From Patescibacteria group bacterium (GTDB taxonomy: Bacteria > Patescibacteriota > Patescibacteriia > UBA9570), in NCBI GenBank assembly GCA_024277435.1, contig JAJRVJ010000025.1, forward strand, positions 1-60,383: DNA of 60,383 nucleotides. The letters run 5' to 3'. Positions 30,392-39,521 of this stretch are shown in pieces. The notes beneath the pieces were generated by a model. The model was given only the letters and a program-made list of their open reading frames with translations, ran no database searches and had not been told where the DNA came from. The position numbers were made by a program, and so were the translations under genes. Within the stretch, counting starts at the first letter, position 1. Every line of letters starts with the position of its first letter.

Positions 30392-30961
30392 TTATAAGCG
30401 ATGTCGTGCGCTAGAGAAAAATGCAACAATGAAACGCAATATCTTACCAAGTACTGTTTGAGCAGGAATATATTGAATAAGATGATCAATTGATGTATTG
30501 AATACAATCAAAATCGAGATAACTAATAGAGCCAACAATACAACTACAGCTACAGCAATACTAGCAAACTCCCGAAATAAATAGGTAATAGCTATACCTA
30601 CATATCCACCGGACTCAGCCGCAAATACATCAACTAAGCCAAATAACGAAACCGCAAGCACTCCTATACCTATAATGTATAATGCTGGAACTTCACGATC
30701 TGCAGGATACAGCAATGTATACACTATCAATGCAAAGATGAATGGTACTAAGTATCTACCAACTCCAACTAGTTTATTTAAAACCAAATCAATCAACTCA
30801 CCAATTTCGCCAGCAAAGCCAAATAAGCTAAATGTAATGATAATTCCCAAAGCTAACAATACGATACCGAGAATACCTCTTTGGGTATCTGGATCGATGT
30901 CTAAACTAGAGAATGATGGTAATTTTGGGCTAAATCTAGCACCTTTTTTCTTCTTTGCCAC
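30392..30961 (-). CDS. ftsK: FtsK N-terminal 4-TM membrane domain, a separate ORF in frame with 28571..30391
   Basis: 189 aa with a basic N-terminus MAKKKKGARF and four TM helices, matching the FtsK_4TM architecture. Confidence 0.7.
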   Translation of the reverse strand: MAKKKKGARFSPKLPSFSSLDIDPDTQRGILGIVLLALGIIITFSLFGFAGEIGELIDLVLNKLVGVGRYLVPFIFALIVYTLLYPADREVPALYIIGIGVLAVSLFGLVDVFAAESGGYVGIAITYLFREFASIAVAVVVLLALLVISILIVFNTSIDHLIQYIPAQTVLGKILRFIVAFFSSARHRL

Positions 30962-31105
30962 TTGAATACTATATCATATTGTCAATGTACCGGCTACCTC
31001 TCCAGCCGGTATTTTTCCATAAAAATAACGCCTCAGAGAGGCGCTCGTTCAACAATAATACACGAATATAAAAAAATCGTCAATATACTCGTTAACTAAC
31101 CATTC

Positions 31106-32281
31106 ATGGTGTATATTGTATACATAATAACTACTAAGGATAATTTTATGCGTTTAGCCATTGTATCAATTCTTTCATCTCTGTACCCTCGCCTAGTCAA
31201 GCCTCTCCTATTTTTATTTGACCCTGAAGACATGCACAATATTTTTATAAAATTAGGTAGAATATTTGGAAAAACTAAACCAACACGATGGATAATACGT
31301 TTATTACTACGATACGACAATCCAAAATTGAAACAAACAATAGCTGGCATTACCTTTAATAATCCTGTTGGATTATCCGCGGGGTTTGATAAAAATGCTG
31401 ACCTTATTAATATTATTGAAGATGTTGGATTTGGTTTTACACAAGTAGGCACTATTACAAACGAAGCCTACGAGGGAAATCCTAAGCCTCGCTTATTTCG
31501 GCTTCCACGCTCTAAAGGCATTGTTGTATATTTCGGTTTAAAAAATATAGGTGCTAAAAAAATATTACAACGCGTAAAACGGCAAGTATCTTCTATTACA
31601 ACAAGCATATCGATTGGTAAAACAAATTCCCAAACCACATGCACAACCGAAACTGGCATCGCTGATTATTACGCCTGTTTAAAACAAGTGATAAAGAGTA
31701 CACAAAGTGATTTTTATACAATCAATATATCGTGTCCTAATACATTTGGCGGAGAACCTTTTACTATCCCCGATACATTAAATGCATTGCTAAAAAAACT
31801 ATTTACGCTAGACATACGTAAGCCCGTGTTTCTAAAAATGCCTATTAATTTACCTTGGGAAGAATTTACATTATTAGTTGATGTGGCAATTAGTCATGGA
31901 ATAACTGGATTGATTATTGGTAATCTCAATAAAAATCATCGAGATGAATCCATTCAAGATAACATACCAAGTAATGTACAAGGTGGTATTAGCGGAAAAC
32001 CTACTTGGGAATTATCAAATGCCTTAATATCAAATACGTATAAACACTACAATAAACAAATTGTCATCATTGGTGTTGGGGGAATATTTTCAGCTGAAGA
32101 TGCTTATGAAAAAATCAAACTCGGAGCTTCACTTGTGCAGCTCATTACAGGCATGATCTTTCAAGGACCACAATTGGTTGGAGAAATAAATCGCGGACTT
32201 ATTCAATTACTACAACAAGACGGATACCAGAGCATTCAAGAAGCTATTGGAGCGCATCATGCCCCGGTTACAAAAACATAA
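31106..32281 (+). CDS. pyrD: Dihydroorotate dehydrogenase
   Basis: FNNPVGLSAGFDKN, GFGFTQVGTIT, PRLFRL, NISCPNT, GGISG and IIGVGGI. The likely start is MRLAIV at 31148. Confidence 0.85.
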   Translation: MVYIVYIITTKDNFMRLAIVSILSSLYPRLVKPLLFLFDPEDMHNIFIKLGRIFGKTKPTRWIIRLLLRYDNPKLKQTIAGITFNNPVGLSAGFDKNADLINIIEDVGFGFTQVGTITNEAYEGNPKPRLFRLPRSKGIVVYFGLKNIGAKKILQRVKRQVSSITTSISIGKTNSQTTCTTETGIADYYACLKQVIKSTQSDFYTINISCPNTFGGEPFTIPDTLNALLKKLFTLDIRKPVFLKMPINLPWEEFTLLVDVAISHGITGLIIGNLNKNHRDESIQDNIPSNVQGGISGKPTWELSNALISNTYKHYNKQIVIIGVGGIFSAEDAYEKIKLGASLVQLITGMIFQGPQLVGEINRGLIQLLQQDGYQSIQEAIGAHHAPVTKT

Positions 32282-33361
32282 TTATTCCCACTCAACAGTA
32301 GCAGGTGGTTTATGCGTAATATCGAAAAATAAGTAATCAATATACTGTACTTCTCTCAAAGATTTCTTGATATCGGTAAGTACTTTAGGTGGCATTTCAT
32401 AAAAATTCACTGTCATTACTTCGCGTGACTGAATAGGCCGTAATACTATCGACTCTCCATTCGTATTTGGATTACCAAATGGCACTAATACAACTGGAAA
32501 CTGCCAAATATCATGGAATACTTTATGTTCAACGATTTTCTTCATCACAATATCATCTGCTACCCGTAACAAATCTAAACGATCTTTCGTCATGTAACGC
32601 TCATGCATTTCAGCTCCATCAGAAATCTCCTTAGGATCTACTAACCACAACACCCTATTCACAGCAAATACCTCATTAGTAATACGTACAGATAATTCAT
32701 TCAACTGCTTCCATGTAGCCTTACCTTGAATAGCAACGGGATGCTTATAGGATCGTTCATCACCCTGCACGCCTACACTCTTCATTGGCAACACACTTGC
32801 CGTTACATCTAGTTCGGATTTTTCTATAATCTCTTGTAATTGCGAATTAATTACCACTTCATCCTCAATAGTGTCGTCTCCATCGGAACATAATACACGA
32901 ATAGCTAAGCCTGGCCCTGGAAATGGATGCCGCTCTAATAAGCTTTTACCAATCTTAAAACGCTCACCAATCTCGCGCACTTCATCTTTGTATAAATCAC
33001 GCAGTGGCTCAATAACCTTCCCTTGATTAATCATCTCTTGAATCAAATCAATTTGATTATGATGCGTTTTAATAGTGTCGGCATGCTTAGTTCCTCCAGA
33101 TTCAATCGTATCCGGATAAATAGTACCTTGTCCTAAGATGTATTTATCAATATCCAGTTTAGTCATTTCTTCATTCGCAATCTCTACAAATAATTCTCCA
33201 ATAGCAATCCGTTTTTCTTCTGGCTCAATCATACCCTGCACAGCACGTAAAAATCTACCCGTAGCATCAATGGTATGTAAATTATCAAATCCAGCACGTT
33301 TTAATGCAGTTTCCACTTTCGTACTTTCATTTAAACGCATAAAGCCATTATCTACATGCAA
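32282..33361 (-). CDS. guaA: GMP synthase, ATP-pyrophosphatase/dimerisation part, in frame with 33374..34099
   Basis: (L)HVDNGFMRLNE..., GTIYPDTIESGG, HHN, and the C-terminal KPPATVEWE. The annotated start is TTG. Confidence 0.9.
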   Translation of the reverse strand: MHVDNGFMRLNESTKVETALKRAGFDNLHTIDATGRFLRAVQGMIEPEEKRIAIGELFVEIANEEMTKLDIDKYILGQGTIYPDTIESGGTKHADTIKTHHNQIDLIQEMINQGKVIEPLRDLYKDEVREIGERFKIGKSLLERHPFPGPGLAIRVLCSDGDDTIEDEVVINSQLQEIIEKSELDVTASVLPMKSVGVQGDERSYKHPVAIQGKATWKQLNELSVRITNEVFAVNRVLWLVDPKEISDGAEMHERYMTKDRLDLLRVADDIVMKKIVEHKVFHDIWQFPVVLVPFGNPNTNGESIVLRPIQSREVMTVNFYEMPPKVLTDIKKSLREVQYIDYLFFDITHKPPATVEWE

Positions 33362-33373
33362 GCCATATACCCG

Positions 33374-34099
33374 TTATTTACCCAGTGTTTCTTCTAATAA
33401 AGCAAAGGCCACTGTTGAATCTACTCCACCGGATACTAATAAGAACACGTGTTTATCTGGACCGATGGTTTTTTGAATATCTGCAATGATCTCTTTTTCA
33501 ATTGCTGCGATATTCCAATCTGCCTTCACTTTACAAATATCAAATAAAAAGTTTTCCAACATTTCTAGCCCATGTTCTGTATGATGCACTTCTAGATGAA
33601 ATTGAAAACTCCAAATCTGTTTTTCTACATTACGCATCGCTGCCACTTCACAATCGTGCGTACTACCAATAACCTCAAACCCTTCTGGTACTTCCGTGAC
33701 TACATCCCAGTGACTCATCCATACCCGCTCTTTATCAGCTAACCCCTTAAACACATCGTCCTTATTCTTTATTTTCACATCGGCTTGGCCATATTCTTTT
33801 GTGATACCCTTTGCAACTTTTCCACCAAAATGAAGGGCCGTTACCTGGTGTCCATAACATAATCCAAGAACCGGTACGCCCATCTCAAATACTCCTGGAT
33901 CATATTCAATTGCTCCTTCGCCAATTGTACTTTTAGGACCACCGGAAAGAATTACGCCCTTGGCATCAGCATAAGCTGAAGCCGACATATCTGGTGTGAA
34001 TATTTTTGCTAGAACGTTATGTTGTCGTACCCGTCGCGCAATAAGATGAGCGAACTGGGAGCCAAAATCAATAACGGCTATATAATCATGTTGTTGCAT
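33374..34099 (-). CDS. guaA: GMP synthase, glutamine amidotransferase domain plus PP-loop, ending at an in-frame TAA
   Basis: GLCYGHQ (catalytic Cys), FQFHLEV, and the PP-loop LLVSGGVDSTVAFALL. Confidence 0.9.
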   Translation of the reverse strand: MQQHDYIAVIDFGSQFAHLIARRVRQHNVLAKIFTPDMSASAYADAKGVILSGGPKSTIGEGAIEYDPGVFEMGVPVLGLCYGHQVTALHFGGKVAKGITKEYGQADVKIKNKDDVFKGLADKERVWMSHWDVVTEVPEGFEVIGSTHDCEVAAMRNVEKQIWSFQFHLEVHHTEHGLEMLENFLFDICKVKADWNIAAIEKEIIADIQKTIGPDKHVFLLVSGGVDSTVAFALLEETLGK

Positions 34100-34182
34100 G
34101 GAAATAGTATAGCATAATTGATAAAAAATTGTATGATATCTACCTTGATTTTTATCTGAAAAAATGATATTACTTACTGATT

Positions 34183-35229
34183 ATGGCACGAAGACGACGC
34201 TTTGGTGGGTTAAAAAATACAGAGCCTAGAAGAGCTAGAAAATTAGACTCTCAATCATCGCAACGTGATTATCAACCAAGTAAAGAACAACTTGATGATA
34301 TTCAGCGTGCGAACGATGAATTGCAGCGCCGTCAACAACAGCGTCCTACTGCAGAAACTCAAGGTATCTTGGTGCGCAACGATACATCTGCGCGTCAAAG
34401 TGGCTCAAACCAATCCATGCGCCGGACTCACCCAGATGGAATTCAAAACCTACCCCGTCGCGCTTTTAAGGAAAATCGTCATTGGGGCGATAGAGCTAAT
34501 CAACCAGCAGATAAAAACGCTAAAGACGATCGAAAAGATAGAGCTAAAATCCGAAATTTAAAAGAACAATTAGGCGCCCCAATTAATGATGCGGAACTAA
34601 TAACTGATGAAGTTGAACTGAATAATGAGGAAGTAATTCACGGCACCAAGGATTGGGATATTTCCACAATAACCGCCAAGGAATTAACACTGTCAGCGTT
34701 ACCAGAAAATGCAGCGCACGGGAGATATAATGAAGAGCACATTGCTCTACTGCAAAATCGACTTGAAAAAATTCAAAGCAAACAACTCCGATATTTACGT
34801 GAAATTATTGAAACCATCTTAGCAGAGACAGATACATTTTTACGAGATAATTCAGCCGCTCTACGACTACCTAAACGAGAGCTACACACCGATCTGATTA
34901 GCTATCATAAACAACGATTATTACTACAATTTCTTGAACGAGCGCTCCATAGCTTAGATTTTTATGATAATCCTAAACAATTATCTAACTCCGATCATGG
35001 ATCAATAATTTATGACGCCAAAACCAAGCTGCACTCCGACGTATTAACATTATTTGGCGGACGGTATTACGAAAAAAATATACAAAATACGTTTGATACA
35101 GACCTTCCCGAAGCAGAAGGAATGCAATTTGTTATTGAACGCTTTGGACGCGAAATTATGGAATTACTTGAAAATTGGCAACGACAACAATTCGATCAAC
35201 TACGTGATCGTCAACCAAAGGCCATCTAA
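34183..35229 (+). CDS. Hypothetical protein with an Arg/Gln-rich N-terminus
   Basis: 348-aa ORF. I recognised no family. Confidence 0.55.
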   Translation: MARRRRFGGLKNTEPRRARKLDSQSSQRDYQPSKEQLDDIQRANDELQRRQQQRPTAETQGILVRNDTSARQSGSNQSMRRTHPDGIQNLPRRAFKENRHWGDRANQPADKNAKDDRKDRAKIRNLKEQLGAPINDAELITDEVELNNEEVIHGTKDWDISTITAKELTLSALPENAAHGRYNEEHIALLQNRLEKIQSKQLRYLREIIETILAETDTFLRDNSAALRLPKRELHTDLISYHKQRLLLQFLERALHSLDFYDNPKQLSNSDHGSIIYDAKTKLHSDVLTLFGGRYYEKNIQNTFDTDLPEAEGMQFVIERFGREIMELLENWQRQQFDQLRDRQPKAI

Positions 35230-35245
35230 TCCTCAATACTATTTT

Positions 35246-36796
35246 TTAATGTAAGAACGCGCGGTGACCGGTTAGTACCATCGCCATTCCTTTAGAATTT
35301 GCTGCGTCGAATACTTCTTGATCTTTAATAGATCCACCTGGTTGGATAATCGCTTTAATTCCTTCTGGCGCTACAGACTCTACTGTATCTGGAAATGGAA
35401 AAAATGCATCAGATGCTAACACTGCACCTTCTGTTTTGGAAGCATCTTTATCTTCACCCACTCCTTGAGCTTTCATGATAGCCATACGCGTTGCATCAAT
35501 GCGAGACATCTGCCCAGCGCCAATCCCTATAGTTACGTTATCCTTCACTAATACAATAGCGTTAGATTTTACGTGCTTACATACTTTCCAAGCGAATAGT
35601 AAATCTTTCATTTGTTGGTCGGTAGGTTTAATATCTGTAGCAACCTGTAAATCTTTTTCTTGCAATTGATGTTTATTCGTTTCCTGTACAAGTACGCCAC
35701 CTACTACCTTTTTCGTTTCCCATAATGCATCAGCTACTTTAATTTCACCAAGACGTAATAAACGTACTTTCTTTTTCTTACTAAATAATTCTAGTGCCTC
35801 TTCTTCAAATTCTGGAGCTAATACTATTTCGATAAATACCGTTGATAAATATTCAGCAATTTCTTTCGTACATGATCGATTTAATGCAACGATACCACCA
35901 AAGGCCGACATTGAATCTGCCGCAAAGGCTCGTTTAAACGCTTTTGAAATATCGCCATCCGTAGCCACGCCACATGGATTAGCATGCTTTACCACAACTG
36001 CTGTTGGCTCTGTAAATTCTTTCACGCAACGCAATGCGGCATCAGCATCCATAATATTGTTATACGAAAGTTGCTTACCCTGCAGTACTTCTGCGTCTGC
36101 GATGTTTGTTTCTTCAACAAATGGCTCTTTATAAAAAGCAGCAGCTTGATGTGGATTTTCTCCATAGCGCATCTCAGCAACTTTTGTATAGCCAAATGTT
36201 AGTTCATTACCAAATACTTTTGTACGATTCATATGACCAGCAATCATGGAATCATAATACGCTGTATGTGCAAACGCTTTTTGCATAAGGTAATAGCGAG
36301 TTTCAATTGAAACATCTCCGGTTTCTTTTAACTCGGTAAGCACTTGTGGATAATCTAGTGGATCAACTACAACAATTACATGCTTGTAATTTTTAGCAGC
36401 CGAACGCACCATGCTTGGACCGCCAATATCAATGTTCTCGATAATATCCTCATAAGCAGCGCCTTTATTTACCGTTTCCTCAAATGGATATAAATTTGCT
36501 ACTACAATATCAATTAACTCGATATTATGTTCTTTTACAGCTGCTAGATGTTCATCATTATCGCGTAGCGCCAAAATAGCTCCGTGCACCATTGGATGAA
36601 GGGTTTTTACACGACCATCCATCATTTCTGGAAAGCCGGTAAAATTCTGAATCCCACGTACTGGCACACCAGAATCCTCTAATCGTTTAGCTGTTCCGCC
36701 TGTAGATACTATTTCTACTCCTAGCTCTTGTAATTGGCGACCTAGCTCTTCAATACCTTCTTTGTTTGATACGCTGATAAGTGCTCTTTTAATCAT
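35246..36796 (-). CDS. purH: Bifunctional AICAR formyltransferase / IMP cyclohydrolase
   Basis: 516 aa: MIKRALISVSNKEGI..STGGTA...VKTLHP...GGPSMVRSAAKN...QPGGSIKD. Confidence 0.95.
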   Translation of the reverse strand: MIKRALISVSNKEGIEELGRQLQELGVEIVSTGGTAKRLEDSGVPVRGIQNFTGFPEMMDGRVKTLHPMVHGAILALRDNDEHLAAVKEHNIELIDIVVANLYPFEETVNKGAAYEDIIENIDIGGPSMVRSAAKNYKHVIVVVDPLDYPQVLTELKETGDVSIETRYYLMQKAFAHTAYYDSMIAGHMNRTKVFGNELTFGYTKVAEMRYGENPHQAAAFYKEPFVEETNIADAEVLQGKQLSYNNIMDADAALRCVKEFTEPTAVVVKHANPCGVATDGDISKAFKRAFAADSMSAFGGIVALNRSCTKEIAEYLSTVFIEIVLAPEFEEEALELFSKKKKVRLLRLGEIKVADALWETKKVVGGVLVQETNKHQLQEKDLQVATDIKPTDQQMKDLLFAWKVCKHVKSNAIVLVKDNVTIGIGAGQMSRIDATRMAIMKAQGVGEDKDASKTEGAVLASDAFFPFPDTVESVAPEGIKAIIQPGGSIKDQEVFDAANSKGMAMVLTGHRAFLH

Positions 36797-36818
36797 GGAA
36801 TAGTAAAAATTACTCTTT

Positions 36819-36855
36819 ATATACTATATTATTGAGGGCTAATAATATAGTATAT
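36819..36855. promoter_or_regulatory. 15-bp perfect inverted repeat between the GNAT gene and purH
   Basis: ATATACTATATTATT (36819-36833), gagggct, AATAATATAGTATAT (36841-36855). Confidence 0.4.
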
Positions 36856-36885
36856 TGTACCATTTGTAAATGGGTTTAACTATAC

Positions 36886-37317
36886 TCACCATCGATATCT
36901 GGTGAGATTTTTTTCAAACATGATACGCTCAGCCGTATCTATAGTATGATCCATAGCTTCAATGTAAAAGATATACTCGCTACGCAACGCACCATCTTCA
37001 TGTATAAAGCGCTCAGGATACTCTTCTATCTCTTGAAGCAACGCCACTCCTTGTTCATCTGCTGGCGTAAATCCATTACGTTCAACCCACTGTATCATAT
37101 TACTCTGAGCAACTGAAATTGATAGTGTTACAGAACTACCAGATACATCGGCTGCTTGCTGACAAAATTGCTCTACTCTACCCAATAACTGCGTTCCAAT
37201 TCCTTGATCACGATACTCAGGATCAACAAATCGATGATTTAGTTCATAATTTTGTGCATCATACTGCTTAGCGGAAAATAATACAATCCTCTTTTCGGTA
37301 CTAGCATCATAATACAA
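36886..37317 (-). CDS. GNAT-family N-acetyltransferase (C-terminal two thirds?)
   Basis: Motif A RFVDPEYRDQGIGTQLLGRVEQF. The annotated start is TTG. Confidence 0.6.
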   Translation of the reverse strand: MYYDASTEKRIVLFSAKQYDAQNYELNHRFVDPEYRDQGIGTQLLGRVEQFCQQAADVSGSSVTLSISVAQSNMIQWVERNGFTPADEQGVALLQEIEEYPERFIHEDGALRSEYIFYIEAMDHTIDTAERIMFEKNLTRYRW

Positions 37318-37337
37318 AAAACTTACTTGTGACCTCT

Positions 37338-37574
37338 CTAGCTGCGAGGATCCACTCCATAATGTACATTATATCTACCACGCTTCACTCCTGGAATATG
37401 TTCAGCAGTTTCATATACTTGATATAGGGCAGCAGTTTCATCAGTAAGTAATACCTCTAAAGAGGTACAGCCTTGATCTATAATATTACGCACGATTTGT
37501 TCAGGTAACGGACGAAAAATCACATCAGTATGGCATTCTTGTCTGCGATGTTGTATAGGCTCACGTAGCGCCAT
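37338..37574 (-). CDS. Small hypothetical ORF, possibly the detached N-terminus of the GNAT gene
   Basis: 78 aa. It ends 20 nt upstream of the GNAT ORF, in a different frame. Confidence 0.35.
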   Translation of the reverse strand: MALREPIQHRRQECHTDVIFRPLPEQIVRNIIDQGCTSLEVLLTDETAALYQVYETAEHIPGVKRGRYNVHYGVDPRS

Positions 37575-37582
37575 AATAAATA

Positions 37583-38161
37583 TTAGTGACTATTAACAAA
37601 TTGCTGAATACCCTTCAATAGGGCTACCTGTTCAGCTTGCTGCACACGATCTTTCAATGTCTCCGGAGTGTCGCCTTCTACTACCGGTACGGTTTCTTGA
37701 AGAATAATAGGTCCCTCATCAACCGTAGTAGTAACATAATGTAATGTACAACCAGTTTCTGTATCACCGCTCTTTAATACCTCGGCATGCACATCCATAT
37801 TCATACCTCCAGAATACTTGGGCAATAAAGATGGATGAATGTTCATAATGCGATTTGGAAATTCCTGTACAACTACGTTGGAAAGAATGCGCATGAATCC
37901 AATAAGAATAATCAAATCAATATTACGATCTTGTAGTGCCGCTAAAATTTCTTGATCAAACTCTTCCCGCTTTTTACCCTTGCTTGGAATCACTACAGTT
38001 TCAATACCTGCCTGTTGCGCGCGTTCTAGAATGTACGCATTAGGTTTATTCGAGATCACCACAGCAATTTCTGCGCCAAGCAATTCACCAGCTAATTGTG
38101 CATCAATAAGTGCTTGTAAATCTGTACCTTTAGTTGAGCCCAATACTGCTATACGTATCAT
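37583..38161 (-). CDS. purN: Phosphoribosylglycinamide formyltransferase
   Basis: MIRIAVLGSTKGTDLQALI, NIHPSLLP and the remaining formyl_trans_N motifs. Confidence 0.9.
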   Translation of the reverse strand: MIRIAVLGSTKGTDLQALIDAQLAGELLGAEIAVVISNKPNAYILERAQQAGIETVVIPSKGKKREEFDQEILAALQDRNIDLIILIGFMRILSNVVVQEFPNRIMNIHPSLLPKYSGGMNMDVHAEVLKSGDTETGCTLHYVTTTVDEGPIILQETVPVVEGDTPETLKDRVQQAEQVALLKGIQQFVNSH

Positions 38162-38172
38162 AAATAGTAGTG

Positions 38173-39489
38173 TTATTTACGTAAATCGTTCATCATAACT
38201 GTTCGCTCCTCAATAAGTGGTGCCGTACCAATGTCTTCCCTATGAAATAAAGGCCCTTCAATTTTTTGAATTTCAGCCTCAGCTTTTTTCTCCGCTTCCT
38301 CTAGGGTATCAGCAATACCTACTATACCAACAGTACGCGATCCTTTTTCAATTAAACCTTCATCCGTTTCATCAACCGATGCATAGAACATATTTACTGT
38401 AGTTGTATCTACAAAACCAACATTAATTACTTGATCTTTCACTGGCTTATCAGGATAACCCTCCGGTACCATATATTTACATACCGAGGCTTGATGAGAA
38501 AATTTCACATCAACCATGTCAAGAGTACCCCCAACAATGGCCTTTGTAATTTCTACTAAATCACTTTCTAACAATGAGAGTAAATTCATAGCTTCTGGAT
38601 CACCAAACCGTGCATTATACTCAGTTAAACGTACACCGTCTTTTACAGCAAAGAAACCGCCATACAAAATACCTTTATACTCCACGCCATACTCATCTTT
38701 TAGTGCACTCATAGTTGCCTCATTAATTTCTTGCGCCCGCCTTACATCTGCCTTAGTAATAAAAGGTAGTGAATGGTCTGGCATCGTGTATGAACCCATA
38801 CCACCTGTATTTGGCCCTTCATCATTTACATACGCTCGCTTATGATCTTGCACAACTGGCATATGCACTATGTGTATACCATCTGCAAAGCTCATTAATG
38901 AAAATTCTTGGCCGACCATTTTTTCCTCTAATAATACCTGCTCTGCTCCGACTGCAAATAATTCTTCACAATACGCAATCGCCTCATCTACAGTAGTAAG
39001 CTGATCTCCCATCACCCGCACACCCTTACCGCCAGTAAGGCCATCTGGTTTTACAACAACTTCTCCAGCTAAATCCTGCTCCATAAATTCACGCACACCC
39101 TTAATAGTTGAAAAGTGTTTATACTTAGGTGAAGCATCTACATTGTGTTTAGCTAACAAATCACGAGTAAACGACTTAGAAGATTCTAATTGTGCAAGTT
39201 CCTGAGTAGGGCCAACGCATCCAATACCCACGCCATGTAATGCATCCACAACACCTGCGGCCAGTGGCGCTTCCGGACCAACCCAAACAATATCAATTTT
39301 CTGATCCTGCGCATATGCCACAATCGAGGCAACATCAGCAACATCACCACGGCCAACTTCTTCAACTAAGCCGCCAATACCTGGATTATAGGTAGGGCCA
39401 AAATTAAATAATGTAACATTGAGTGATTGAGCAAGCTTCCATGCTAAAGCATGTTCACGAGCTCCAGTACCGATGATAAGAATACGCAT
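38173..39489 (-). CDS. purD: Phosphoribosylamine-glycine ligase
   Basis: MRILIIGTGAREHALAWKL with an ATP-grasp core. Confidence 0.93.
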   Translation of the reverse strand: MRILIIGTGAREHALAWKLAQSLNVTLFNFGPTYNPGIGGLVEEVGRGDVADVASIVAYAQDQKIDIVWVGPEAPLAAGVVDALHGVGIGCVGPTQELAQLESSKSFTRDLLAKHNVDASPKYKHFSTIKGVREFMEQDLAGEVVVKPDGLTGGKGVRVMGDQLTTVDEAIAYCEELFAVGAEQVLLEEKMVGQEFSLMSFADGIHIVHMPVVQDHKRAYVNDEGPNTGGMGSYTMPDHSLPFITKADVRRAQEINEATMSALKDEYGVEYKGILYGGFFAVKDGVRLTEYNARFGDPEAMNLLSLLESDLVEITKAIVGGTLDMVDVKFSHQASVCKYMVPEGYPDKPVKDQVINVGFVDTTTVNMFYASVDETDEGLIEKGSRTVGIVGIADTLEEAEKKAEAEIQKIEGPLFHREDIGTAPLIEERTVMMNDLRK

Positions 39490-39521
39490 GATGCTGTAAA
39501 ATTAGAAAATTAATTGTTGCA

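Noticed and set aside
36345-36353. A perfect DnaA box (tgtggataa, the reverse complement of TTATCCACA) inside purH
   Set aside because: It is a single isolated site within a conserved coding region, which is consistent with chance.
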